Part shown: positions 15,751 to 23,993 of the stretch, in pieces | How the letters are laid out: each line of letters starts with the position of its first letter | Position numbering within the stretch: position 1 is the stretch's first letter | Source of the DNA: a virus | Lineage: Duplodnaviria; Caudoviricetes | Direction: 5' to 3' (one strand) | IMG/VR virus record: IMGVR_UViG_3300010398_000047 | Location: 1 to 24,899 of that record | DNA: 24,899 bases | The notes under the pieces: generated by a model | Databases searched by the model: none | Told to the model about the DNA's origin: nothing | Seen by the model: the letters and a program-made list of their open reading frames with translations, nothing else | Translations under genes and position numbers: made by a program

Positions 15751-17406
15751 TCACGTGCCTGTGTTGGCGCAGGTCGCCTGCGTTGCCAGCGCCGCTGCCG
15801 CGCCGTTCAGGCAGATCGGCACGTTGATGTTCAGGCCCGGGTATCCGGTCCGTGCGACCGCTTCGAACGACTCAAAGAACGTCTCGAAACGGTTCTTCGC
15901 GTTCGTGGTCGAGTCGCGCACGATCCCGAAGTCGAGGGTCCCGCCATCCAGGAACGTGTAGGAGCCGACGGGCGCGATCAGCATCTGGACGTGGCCGGGG
16001 TAGTTGAACGCCGGGGTCGCGATGCCGGTCAGGTCCTGGCCGGTCAGGTCGGACTCCATCGTCCACGTCACCCGCGTCTGCCAGCGGCTGAAGATCGCCT
16101 CCACGTCGCTGTCGGTCCATCCGATCGTGTTGTCGCCCGGAGCCTGCCAACTCATGTCCACCGCGACCATGTCGGCCAGCCAGCCCGGCAGCCATGTCTG
16201 GAGCGGGAAGCCCTCCGGGACGCGGTAGCGGTCCTCGTACCAGGCGCGCGCGTAGCTGAGCGCGAGGTTGAGGGCACGCATCGAGTTGACGGTGAGCGCC
16301 GGGGCGGTGCAGGCCGTCGCCTGCGCTCGCATGGATGCGAGCAGCCGACGCTCCGCGAACCGTGCCCACGCGCCGCGGGTCACGTCTTGGTAGGCGCGCA
16401 TGTTCTCCGGGTTGTAACGGTCGGAGAAGTTGCTGAAGCACAGCCGTTCGTAGATCGCGTCCACGGTGACCGACTGGGCGGGGCTACACGGGATGCACCA
16501 GATCGACTTGGTGACGTTGCCTGCCGCGTCTTGCGCCGCGGTGAGCGCGCCGATCGCGGTCGGGTCGGCGTCACCGATCCCGACGGGTGCCTGCCATTGC
16601 ATTCCGCCTCGGCTCGCCGTGAACGACGGGAGCGAGTCGCGCACCGGCCGCGCCGCGGACACGTCGGCCTGCACGCCGTACTGGACGGGCAGCGGACCGC
16701 AGATACCACCGGAGGCGATGATCGCCGGGATGGACGTGACCGCGTTGATGCGGTGCTGGTTGACGAGCAGTTCCTGGCCGAGCGTGCGTTCCTCGGGCCG
16801 GTCCCACTCGACTCGGCCGACGGGCACGTTCTGCACGTCGCCGGTCGGCGCGCCCCGGAAGGTGCCGAGCCGTTCGCACATCGCCACAGCCACGTCGTCC
16901 CAGTCGGTGAAGTTCGCGCCTGCGGCCCGACCCGGCAGGTCGGGGGCGGCGAGGATCCGCACACCGTCGGTCGTCGGTGTCTCGACCGGCCGTGACGACC
17001 GCGGGACCCTGACACGCGCGCGGCCCGGGACCGCCCCGGCCAACACCACCTCGGCGTCGATGATCTCGACCTCCTCGTCGGTGTCGTCCTCGGCAGATTC
17101 CTCTTCGGCGTCGTCTTCGACCACCTCGCCCTCGGGCGCAGCCTGCTCGCCGCTCATGCGCGCGTCGAGTTGCTCGACGTTGCGAGCCAGATCGACCCGC
17201 TCCTCCTCGCGGCGCGTGTTCTCGCCGTTGATCTGGTCGAGGCCGTCGGCCAGTTGACCGAGTGCCTGCACCGCGGATGCGTCGAGGTCGCCTTCGCGAA
17301 GCTCGTCGTACAACGCCCGCAGGTCGCTCTCCAGGGCAGCCAACTCCTCGTCGGTCATGCCTTCCAGCGACTCCAGACGAGCCAGGAGTTCAGCCACTCG
17401 GTCCAT
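15751..17406 (-). CDS. Major capsid (hexamer) protein with acidic N-terminal scaffold-like domain, 551 aa
   Basis: ASGGICGP..Y..RPVRDSLP.F..RGG and FLDGGTLDFGIVRDST..KN.F..F.E.FE motifs; acidic coiled-coil N-terminus; SD GAAGGAG. Confidence 0.9.
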   Translation of the reverse strand: MDRVAELLARLESLEGMTDEELAALESDLRALYDELREGDLDASAVQALGQLADGLDQINGENTRREEERVDLARNVEQLDARMSGEQAAPEGEVVEDDAEEESAEDDTDEEVEIIDAEVVLAGAVPGRARVRVPRSSRPVETPTTDGVRILAAPDLPGRAAGANFTDWDDVAVAMCERLGTFRGAPTGDVQNVPVGRVEWDRPEERTLGQELLVNQHRINAVTSIPAIIASGGICGPLPVQYGVQADVSAARPVRDSLPSFTASRGGMQWQAPVGIGDADPTAIGALTAAQDAAGNVTKSIWCIPCSPAQSVTVDAIYERLCFSNFSDRYNPENMRAYQDVTRGAWARFAERRLLASMRAQATACTAPALTVNSMRALNLALSYARAWYEDRYRVPEGFPLQTWLPGWLADMVAVDMSWQAPGDNTIGWTDSDVEAIFSRWQTRVTWTMESDLTGQDLTGIATPAFNYPGHVQMLIAPVGSYTFLDGGTLDFGIVRDSTTNAKNRFETFFESFEAVARTGYPGLNINVPICLNGAAAALATQATCANTGT

Positions 17407-17443
17407 TGCACGCTCCTTCTCGGAGAATCACGAAGGGGTTGCC

Positions 17444-17490
17444 GTCGCGCACCGGGCGACTGACTCGCGCCGCATCGCACACCGGGCGAC
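17444..17490 (-). repeat. Tandem stem-loops in predicted capsid 5' UTR
   Basis: 16-bp direct repeat (17445-17460 and 17475-17490, one mismatch, 30-bp period); in RNA each reads GUCGC-CCGGUGY-GCGAY. Confidence 0.7.
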
Positions 17491-17507
17491 GGGCGGATGA
17501 TGGCCGG

Positions 17508-17551
17508 ATCGTAACCCCGGACGCCTCCGAGGAGCGCGAACCGCTAGCGGT
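17508..17551 (-). promoter_or_regulatory. Putative late promoter of capsid operon: ACCGCTAGCGGT-26 bp-TACGAT
   Basis: 35/44 ungapped identity to the portal upstream region 22034-22077. Confidence 0.78.
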
Positions 17552-19613
17552 GGATGCGCCGGTCCAGTTCCTGAATCTGTCGCACCCGAGCGCGAGCATC
17601 GAGCCGCGCGAGCGTCTCCTTGCGGACGATCGCCCGCAACGCCACGACCTCCGACTCCATCGCCAACATCCGCTGCTCCATCGTCAGCGGGTGCGGCACC
17701 GCTGCGGCGACGAGCGCCATCTGCCTCCCCGACGCGACCCGCGCGCGCGGGACCGGGAAGCCGGGACTGTTGACCATGAGGACGTGGATGAGTTCCGGGT
17801 GTCCGGCGACGGGTCGCCAGTCGCCCGAAGGCTTCGATGCCCGCAGCGCGCTGATACGCGAGTCGGGCAGCCCATAGCGGAGCGCGCCGTGAATCCAGGG
17901 ACCGAAGCGGTCTTCCCCGGCGCGTGCATCCGCGACGACGAGGCCGGTGTTGTCGTAGTGCGCGAGGGCCTGCACCGCGGATGCGTACAGGTCGTACTCG
18001 TGCCCGTCCGCTTTCGGGTCCGTCGTCATCGACAGGTTCCCGACTGCGATCCGGCTCCCGTCGTCGCAGATGACCTCCCCGAGGTGGAAGTGGGCGTAGT
18101 TGGTCCGGGAGTGTTCGGGTGTGACGCATCCGGCCATGCCGACGTGGCATGTCCCCCACAGGCCGATATGTCCGTAGATCTCGCCTTGGTCGGTGACGGT
18201 GAACGGCGTCGGGCCATCCAGGCGCAGGTCGGTGAAGAACCGGGCCGGGGGCCGGTAGCCGGGCTGACATTCCGCGCAGGCGGCGACGAGCGCGGCGTCG
18301 GTGAAGTTCGGGGCCGGGATCGACTCGGGGTCGCGTCCCGAGTCGCGCAGGTGCTTGGCGAGATGGTTGTAGACGCCCTGCTTGTCCGCCGACGGGATCG
18401 ACGTGCCGCCCCTGCCTCCATTCAGCGCCGCGATACCTGCGCTCACCGCGCTGAGGTTGGCGACGCCCGGCTGGCCGTTGTCGCCGACCATGTGGTGCGG
18501 GAACTTGGCGTCGGACTTGTTCACCTCCGCCGCGTCGGTGCCGATCCAGCCGTACATGGCCCGCGCGGTCGCCTGGCTCATGGGCGCGTTCAACTTCTGC
18601 TGTTGCGCAGCCCCGTCCCACGGCGCGTCGGTCGTCCCGGTCTCGTGCGTCCCGACAGCACCGAAGTTCCGGCCACCGGTGCCGAGCAGGAAGAGCAGCC
18701 CGCCGCCCAGGTCCTCGCCGTGCGGGACCTCCTCGCCTGCGACCTCCTCCACGACCGCGGGGGTCGCCATCTCGTCGGGCATCCAGATCTGTGTCTCTTC
18801 GAACGCGGCGAACGGCGTGACGGTCGCGCCCATGATCCGAGCGTCTCCGTACCGTTCCAGGAAGCGTGACGGGAAGCCTTCTGAGTCAGGCTCGAAACCC
18901 TCGACCACTACGTCTTCGCCGCTCACGTCCACGCTGACGCCGCGTAGCCCGGCCCGGACGTACTGCTCGGCGTCGGCCGCGCGCGGTCCGGCGAAGTGTC
19001 CTGCGGCGAGGATGCGAGACGGTTCGGTCGGGTCGCGTTGAATATCCTCGATGGTCCCCGCATACCACGCGCCTTCGTGTCCGCCCGGCCCGGTGTCGGA
19101 CTGGAGCATGAGCGGCAACGGCAGGTCTCGCCACGTGATCGAGTCGAGTTCGAACATCCGGCCGTCCGCGGTCTCGTGCCCTTCGACTGCGAGGAGCGCC
19201 TGGAACGCGCTGCCCTGCGCCTCGGCTCCTCCGGGCGGCGGCGGAGCAGGACTCGCGGCGGGTGGCTTGTTGGCGGGCGGGATCGGCGGCGGGTTCGGTC
19301 CCGCCTGCGCGGCGACGGCCGCGGTCGCTTCCGCTTCGGTCGCGTAGCAGCCGAGCACGTCGCCCGAGTCGTCGTCCACGATCGACCAGGGCAGGTCGGT
19401 TCCGCAGGTGTCCGGGTCGTTGTTCACGTGCGCGGCGAATGTGACGGGCGGCATCGCCGCACCTCCTTCTGCGGCGTTCAGCGCCGCGATCTGCGCCAGA
19501 GCGTCTTCCTGCGTTGCGTGGCAGCCTGCGACGCTGCCGTCGTCGTCCTTGACGACTGCCCACGGCGTACTGGCCGGACATTGGGCGTGCGGGTGTTCGG
19601 TGTGCCAGGGCAT
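17544..19613 (-). CDS. Capsid maturation protease, multi-domain, 689 aa
   Basis: ATG 19613 coupled to the portal stop (TGATG); EGHETADGR..WRDLPLPLM..GHEGA..GTI..LRGVSVD..GATV..AAF core; C-terminal PPARFF..PTP.TVT..YGHI..WGTCH..SGDWR domain; lies between portal and capsid. Confidence 0.82.
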   Translation of the reverse strand: MPWHTEHPHAQCPASTPWAVVKDDDGSVAGCHATQEDALAQIAALNAAEGGAAMPPVTFAAHVNNDPDTCGTDLPWSIVDDDSGDVLGCYATEAEATAAVAAQAGPNPPPIPPANKPPAASPAPPPPGGAEAQGSAFQALLAVEGHETADGRMFELDSITWRDLPLPLMLQSDTGPGGHEGAWYAGTIEDIQRDPTEPSRILAAGHFAGPRAADAEQYVRAGLRGVSVDVSGEDVVVEGFEPDSEGFPSRFLERYGDARIMGATVTPFAAFEETQIWMPDEMATPAVVEEVAGEEVPHGEDLGGGLLFLLGTGGRNFGAVGTHETGTTDAPWDGAAQQQKLNAPMSQATARAMYGWIGTDAAEVNKSDAKFPHHMVGDNGQPGVANLSAVSAGIAALNGGRGGTSIPSADKQGVYNHLAKHLRDSGRDPESIPAPNFTDAALVAACAECQPGYRPPARFFTDLRLDGPTPFTVTDQGEIYGHIGLWGTCHVGMAGCVTPEHSRTNYAHFHLGEVICDDGSRIAVGNLSMTTDPKADGHEYDLYASAVQALAHYDNTGLVVADARAGEDRFGPWIHGALRYGLPDSRISALRASKPSGDWRPVAGHPELIHVLMVNSPGFPVPRARVASGRQMALVAAAVPHPLTMEQRMLAMESEVVALRAIVRKETLARLDARARVRQIQELDRRIHR

Positions 19614-22027
19614 CACTCGCTCTCCTCGTTGCCGAGGATGATCTCGACCGCGCACAGGCAGCCGTCATGATCCTGGGGCTGGTAGTAGTCCACGTCCGGC
19701 CAGCCTTCGCTGTTGGCGAGGAGCGGGTCGTCCCAGGTCGTGAACTCCACGCCGTCCAGGTTCTCGTGCGGTTCGAACGGTTGCGTACGGGCGGACGGGT
19801 CGCCATAGTCCCAACGCCAGCCGACCGGGTTCGCGCCATACGCGCCCGACAGGTAGTCGAGCATCCCGTCACCGAGCGCGACTTCACCCGCGGGCGCTTC
19901 GGCCGGTCGCGTGTCGGGCGAGGCGGTGACGCCCCCGGCCTGCGCGAGCGCGTCACGGACCAGCGACGACGGGACGCGCGTCTCGACCGGGATCTCTCCG
20001 ACGGGAGGCGCGGTCGGACGCTGATCCCAGATCGCGGCTGCCGCGACGGCGGTCATCCCGGCGAGCAGGAAGAGCCAGCCGCGGTGCGTGTTGTCGTCCT
20101 GCTCGGTGTCCCACTCGTCCTCGTTCCACGTCTCGGACGGATCGCCGAGCGCCTGCGCGGTCAGCCGTTTCGCTTCCTTGCGGGTGCGAGTGACGGCCGC
20201 GGTGAACGCGTGCTCGGCGCTGCCCAGGTGCGCGTCGAGCACGTCCATCTCCTCGATGCCGAGCGAGTGCACGGTGTCTCGGCCGAGGACCATCGCGACC
20301 TCGGACAGCGGGACCTCCCGCACACGGTCGCGCAGGTCGGTCGTCTTGGCGCTGCCGTTGACCGCGCGCACGACGCGCGCGCCGACGATCTCGACCGCGC
20401 GGGTGACGGTCGTATCTGCAAGTGCGAGCACCCGAGCGACAAGTGCACGGTCGAGTTGTGCCAGTAGCGTCCCGAGTTCCCGACGGCCCACCGCCGCGGT
20501 CGTCGCGGGCGGAGTGGGCGGACCACCGGGCGGCGGGCCGGGAGTCGTTGTCTCCGGAGACGCGGGTGGCGTCGTCGGAGTCGGGCTTGTCTCGGGGAGA
20601 GGCTGGCCGGGAGTGACCGGCGTTGTCGTCGGGATGACAGTCCCGGCCGGGATGACCTCGCCCTGCTCCAACAGGATCGTGAGCACCTCGGGCGGCATGG
20701 CGCGGACCTTCTCGGCGAGCCGTCGGCTGTACTCCACGTCGTCGGGCGCGTCGTTGTCGCCTGCGCCGCCCTTCGATCGCAGGAACGCGTCCGACACGGC
20801 GAGCACCTCGTGCATCTGGAGCGCTTCGGGGAACTCGTTCGGATGGCCGACGAGCGCGCTGGAGTCCTTGCCGATGCTGATGTCCGCCCACTGCGGGATG
20901 CCTGCGTCATGCAAGATCGGCTGAAGGAACCCGACGGTCAGGCCCTCGTCCACGAGGTCCACGAGCGGTTCGATGTGCGCCTTGAATGTCTGCTCCTGGA
21001 CCTGCCACGCGCTCCAATGGTTCACGTCGGCGAGGCCGAGCAGGATCTCGGGCGGAATGTCGAGACCGCGCGCGAGACGAGTGACGCACTCCTCGCGCAG
21101 TTGGATGGCGAGCGGATCGAACGGCCGTTCGATGAGCAGGTGCGCGAACGCGCCGAGCGCGGCGGCAGGGCCTTTCACCATCATCGGCACGACGGCAGCC
21201 GCCGAGTCGGGGTCCATGATCGGCGTCGTCATGTTGAGCAGGAGCGTCTCCAGCAGCGGGTCGTCCCAGCCGTCCTCGGGCGGTTCGCCGCCATCCACCG
21301 ACGGTGACACGAACGTCAGTTCGTCGGGGACCTTCAAGACGCCTGCGCCCGCGATCCGTGAGGTCGCGACGGCCCGGACTGACCGTTGGAGCAGAAGCAA
21401 CTCCTCGCACGTCGAGAGCAGCGGCCGCATCGGCGAGTCGGCCCGGATACGCCACGCCGGATGCCGGTGCCAGATGCGGATGAAGTCGTCCAGCGGCCCA
21501 AGCTCACGCGACGATTCCGGAGAGCCTTCCTCGTAGATCGTGATGCTCTCGCCGCTGACGCGCACCTCGCGGGTCGAGAGCACCTCCCACGACTCGCCCG
21601 TTGCCGCTTCCTCGTCGGGGTGGCCCCACAGGTAGACCTCACCGACGAGCGCCGTGTTGATCCCCAGGTTGGTCTGGAGTCCTTCGATCCCGCCGACCGA
21701 CGAGTTGAGCCGGTCGAGGGTCGCGGACGCGACGGCCGCGGCCTTGCGGAGGTCCTCGGACAGGTTCTCGTCCTCGGGGTCGAGGGGGAGCGGCGGGTCG
21801 GTCGGGTTCAACTGGATCTGCGGGAAGAGCCGCATCCGGCCGACGGCGTTGCCTAAGAACTCGTGCGCGAAGTGGATCTCGGGCACGTCATCGAAGAACC
21901 CCCACGCCGACTCCTGCCAGGCGATCGTCGCCTGCCGTGCTCGGTTGAGCAGCGCCGAGGAGAGCGGAGTGTTACTACGCGTGATGCGGCGCGCAGCGGC
22001 GGTCATCGCCCTGGCCTGTGGTGCCAT
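19613..22027 (-). CDS. Portal protein with C-terminal MuF-like (head morphogenesis) extension, 804 aa
   Basis: AWGFFDDVPEIHF..NAVGRMRL, RIWHRHP..ADSP, SRIAGAGVL.VP and RLARGLDIPPEILLG..NHWSAW, as in actinophage portals; Pro/Thr linker; C-terminal W.W.Y..FEPHENLDG..PQDHDGCLC. Confidence 0.88.
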   Translation of the reverse strand: MAPQARAMTAAARRITRSNTPLSSALLNRARQATIAWQESAWGFFDDVPEIHFAHEFLGNAVGRMRLFPQIQLNPTDPPLPLDPEDENLSEDLRKAAAVASATLDRLNSSVGGIEGLQTNLGINTALVGEVYLWGHPDEEAATGESWEVLSTREVRVSGESITIYEEGSPESSRELGPLDDFIRIWHRHPAWRIRADSPMRPLLSTCEELLLLQRSVRAVATSRIAGAGVLKVPDELTFVSPSVDGGEPPEDGWDDPLLETLLLNMTTPIMDPDSAAAVVPMMVKGPAAALGAFAHLLIERPFDPLAIQLREECVTRLARGLDIPPEILLGLADVNHWSAWQVQEQTFKAHIEPLVDLVDEGLTVGFLQPILHDAGIPQWADISIGKDSSALVGHPNEFPEALQMHEVLAVSDAFLRSKGGAGDNDAPDDVEYSRRLAEKVRAMPPEVLTILLEQGEVIPAGTVIPTTTPVTPGQPLPETSPTPTTPPASPETTTPGPPPGGPPTPPATTAAVGRRELGTLLAQLDRALVARVLALADTTVTRAVEIVGARVVRAVNGSAKTTDLRDRVREVPLSEVAMVLGRDTVHSLGIEEMDVLDAHLGSAEHAFTAAVTRTRKEAKRLTAQALGDPSETWNEDEWDTEQDDNTHRGWLFLLAGMTAVAAAAIWDQRPTAPPVGEIPVETRVPSSLVRDALAQAGGVTASPDTRPAEAPAGEVALGDGMLDYLSGAYGANPVGWRWDYGDPSARTQPFEPHENLDGVEFTTWDDPLLANSEGWPDVDYYQPQDHDGCLCAVEIILGNEESE

Positions 22028-22077
22028 GCCGGGAGCGTAAGCCCGGAGGCCGCAGATGGGGCCGAACCGCTAGCGGT
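22028..22077 (-). promoter_or_regulatory. Putative leaderless late promoter of portal: ACCGCTAGCGGT-26 bp-TACGCT-6 nt-ATG
   Basis: Palindrome 22066-22077 (extends to 14 bp, AACCGCTAGCGGTT); -10 at 22034-22039; no SD before ATG 22027. Confidence 0.8.
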
Positions 22078-22294
22078 TGCCGATCGTGCCGACGAACTGG
22101 ACGGTGCGCAGGCAGCGGTCGTAGTCGAGGCCGTACCGGCGCAGCGCGCTCAACAGGTCGCGCAGCTTGGACGAGTCGGTGCCCAGTTGTTTGGCGAGGA
22201 CGTTGCAGGCGTCACCGAACGCGTCGGCGCGGCGCTTGTCGCGGGGTGCGGCGTCCCACGCCCGCCATGCCTCGATGAACTCAGCCGTGTTCAT
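22070..22294 (-). CDS. Hypothetical helical protein, 74 aa
   Basis: Short overlap with the upstream gene; its stop TAG lies within the palindrome. Confidence 0.7.
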   Translation of the reverse strand: MNTAEFIEAWRAWDAAPRDKRRADAFGDACNVLAKQLGTDSSKLRDLLSALRRYGLDYDRCLRTVQFVGTIGNR

Positions 22295-22565
22295 CGGCGA
22301 AGGACGCGGCGAGGGATGCGGCCCCGGCGACGGCGAGAGCAGTCCGGACTCGCCGCCAGCCGGGAACGCGCGGCGCGATCAGTGTCACCCCGAACGCAAT
22401 CCATACGCCGACGCAGTGCGGACAGGTCGCCAACTCCGCCAGCTTCGGGTGCTGATGATCGGCCGCCCACTGCCATACCCGATCTCGCGGTCCTTTGAGC
22501 AGATCGTCCTGTGCAAGGAGTCGGGCAAGGCGGTAGGTCGCGAGGCTGTCGAGAAGCAGGTCCAC
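22281..22565 (-). CDS. DUF1360-like membrane protein, about 94 aa
   Basis: LATYRLARLLAQD....PR..LAELATCPHCVGVW..ALAVAGAA signature; start uncertain (GTG 22565 preferred, upstream starts possible). Confidence 0.75.
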   Translation of the reverse strand: MDLLLDSLATYRLARLLAQDDLLKGPRDRVWQWAADHQHPKLAELATCPHCVGVWIAFGVTLIAPRVPGWRRVRTALAVAGAASLAASFADEHG

Positions 22566-22617
22566 CGGCCCGCGCCCGCTGAAATGGCTATGTGAAACGG
22601 GCGCGGGTCGATGGGGT

Positions 22618-22890
22618 TCACGCGACGTGTTCAAGGCCCGGGATCGGGATCGTCGGGAAACGATGGTGCTGGCGGCGATGCCCGACGAACCGATGTGCGC
22701 CCATCACACGGCCGCAGTCCTTGCAGTGTGAGTGCGGCGAGGCGATGTGCCGTTCCAGCTTCGTGTCCTGAACCTCGGGAATGCCTGCGAAGTGCAGGAC
22801 GCTCAGGCCACAGAGCGGGCACGACGGATGCCCCTGCCGGTTGGGGATAGGCCATTCGACTCGCGCCGCCCTGAGTGCGGCCATGCTCAT
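22618..22890 (-). CDS. Tandem C2H2-type zinc-finger protein, 90 aa
   Basis: ATGA-coupled; CPLC..LERHIASPH then CKDC..FVGHRRQH. Confidence 0.72.
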   Translation of the reverse strand: MSMAALRAARVEWPIPNRQGHPSCPLCGLSVLHFAGIPEVQDTKLERHIASPHSHCKDCGRVMGAHRFVGHRRQHHRFPTIPIPGLEHVA

Positions 22891-23213
22891 GCTGCCTCCC
22901 ACGTCTCCGCTGCCACGACCCCTTGGAGCCATTCTTGGATGGCGGGTTCGACGGGCAGTTGCGAAGCCGAGCAGCCGCAGCCGGTGAGGCGCGTGATCCG
23001 CCAGGCGTCGGTCTCGCCGATGGCGAGCCACTGACGGTCTGCGACGTGAACGACGCGCGACACCCGCGGCAGTTCGCCTCGGAGTTGCGCGTCCTTCGTG
23101 AACAGGCGCGCCCGCCACGGTCCCGGCTCCGCCCGTTCGATCAGGACGCGGTAGTTGACGAGCGTCGGTTCACCGAGGCGCTCGACCCTGGCCGGGAACT
23201 CGTTCAGGTGCAC
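22887..23213 (-). CDS. Hypothetical protein, 108 aa, probably leaderless
   Basis: TACGCT (23220-23225)-6 nt-GTG; contains GCGCS. Confidence 0.72.
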   Translation of the reverse strand: MHLNEFPARVERLGEPTLVNYRVLIERAEPGPWRARLFTKDAQLRGELPRVSRVVHVADRQWLAIGETDAWRITRLTGCGCSASQLPVEPAIQEWLQGVVAAETWEAA

Positions 23214-23233
23214 GCGTAAAGCGTAACGGCAGA

Positions 23234-23419
23234 TCAGCGACCTGTCGTGGACCTACGCGGCAATGATCGAGTCGTCGGACGTAGCAGGGGCGACTCCAGA
23301 CGTTCTCGGATGATGGCCCGAGCCGCCTCGGCCTGGCTGACGTTCCGTTGCGCGGCGAACGTCGCCAGCCGTTCGTGCTCGACCTCGGTGCACCGCACGT
23401 ACACCACCCGGTCCTTCAC
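23234..23419 (-). CDS. Ribbon-helix-helix (CopG/MobC-like) DNA-binding protein, 61 aa
   Basis: VVYVRCTEVEHERLATFAAQRNVSQAEAARAII fits the beta-helix-turn-S-helix pattern; TAGTCT 8 nt upstream. Confidence 0.78.
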   Translation of the reverse strand: MKDRVVYVRCTEVEHERLATFAAQRNVSQAEAARAIIRERLESPLLRPTTRSLPRRSTTGR

Positions 23420-23434
23420 GCCGACAGAGACTAC

Positions 23435-23788
23435 TCAGTGGGCGGCGACGAACTCCGGATGCTTCGTCGTCATGTGCCGTTTCAGTTGCGTGAACGACCG
23501 ATGGCAGCATGGGCAGACGCCTTTGGCGACCCGCTTCTTCGTGCGTTCGTGCGCCTGCCGTTCCGCGTCGAGTTGGTCGCGCATCGAGACGATCGACGCC
23601 TCCGCCTCGCGCAGCTTCTGCGCGTCGGTCTTGCCCATGTAGTGCCACTGGTGGCCGAGCGGGCAGTAGAGCGTGTGCTGCGCCTTGTGCTTGATCGCCT
23701 GGTCGTAGAGCGACTCCGGGATGGCGTACGCGATGCCACAGACGCACTCGACAGTCGTCAACTCTTGCGTGTGCAAGATCTTCGTCAT
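23435..23788 (-). CDS. Zinc-binding protein with coiled coil and C-terminal C2H2 finger, 117 aa
   Basis: SD AAGGGGAG-ATG; CVCG..YCPLGH; coiled coil; CPCCHRSFTQLKRHMTTKH. Confidence 0.82.
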   Translation of the reverse strand: MTKILHTQELTTVECVCGIAYAIPESLYDQAIKHKAQHTLYCPLGHQWHYMGKTDAQKLREAEASIVSMRDQLDAERQAHERTKKRVAKGVCPCCHRSFTQLKRHMTTKHPEFVAAH

Positions 23789-23799
23789 GGCTCCCCTTC

Positions 23800-23982
23800 T
23801 CAGTAGCGCACCTCGTGGATCTCCATCGGCGTGATCTGCCGCTTCAGCACCGCGATCACGTGGTCCACGCACAGGGGACGACCGACCGCGGGCTGGTGGC
23901 GGCTGACGAACACGGCGACAGCTTCAGCGTCGCACAGGACGCACTTGGCCCGCTCGGGGGCGGGCGTCTCGACCCACCCCAC
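23800..23982 (-). CDS. Small zinc-finger-like protein, 60 aa
   Basis: SD GGAGG-GTG 23982; CVLCDAEA..LCVDH. Confidence 0.72.
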   Translation of the reverse strand: MGWVETPAPERAKCVLCDAEAVAVFVSRHQPAVGRPLCVDHVIAVLKRQITPMEIHEVRY

Positions 23983-23993
23983 GGCGGACCTCC

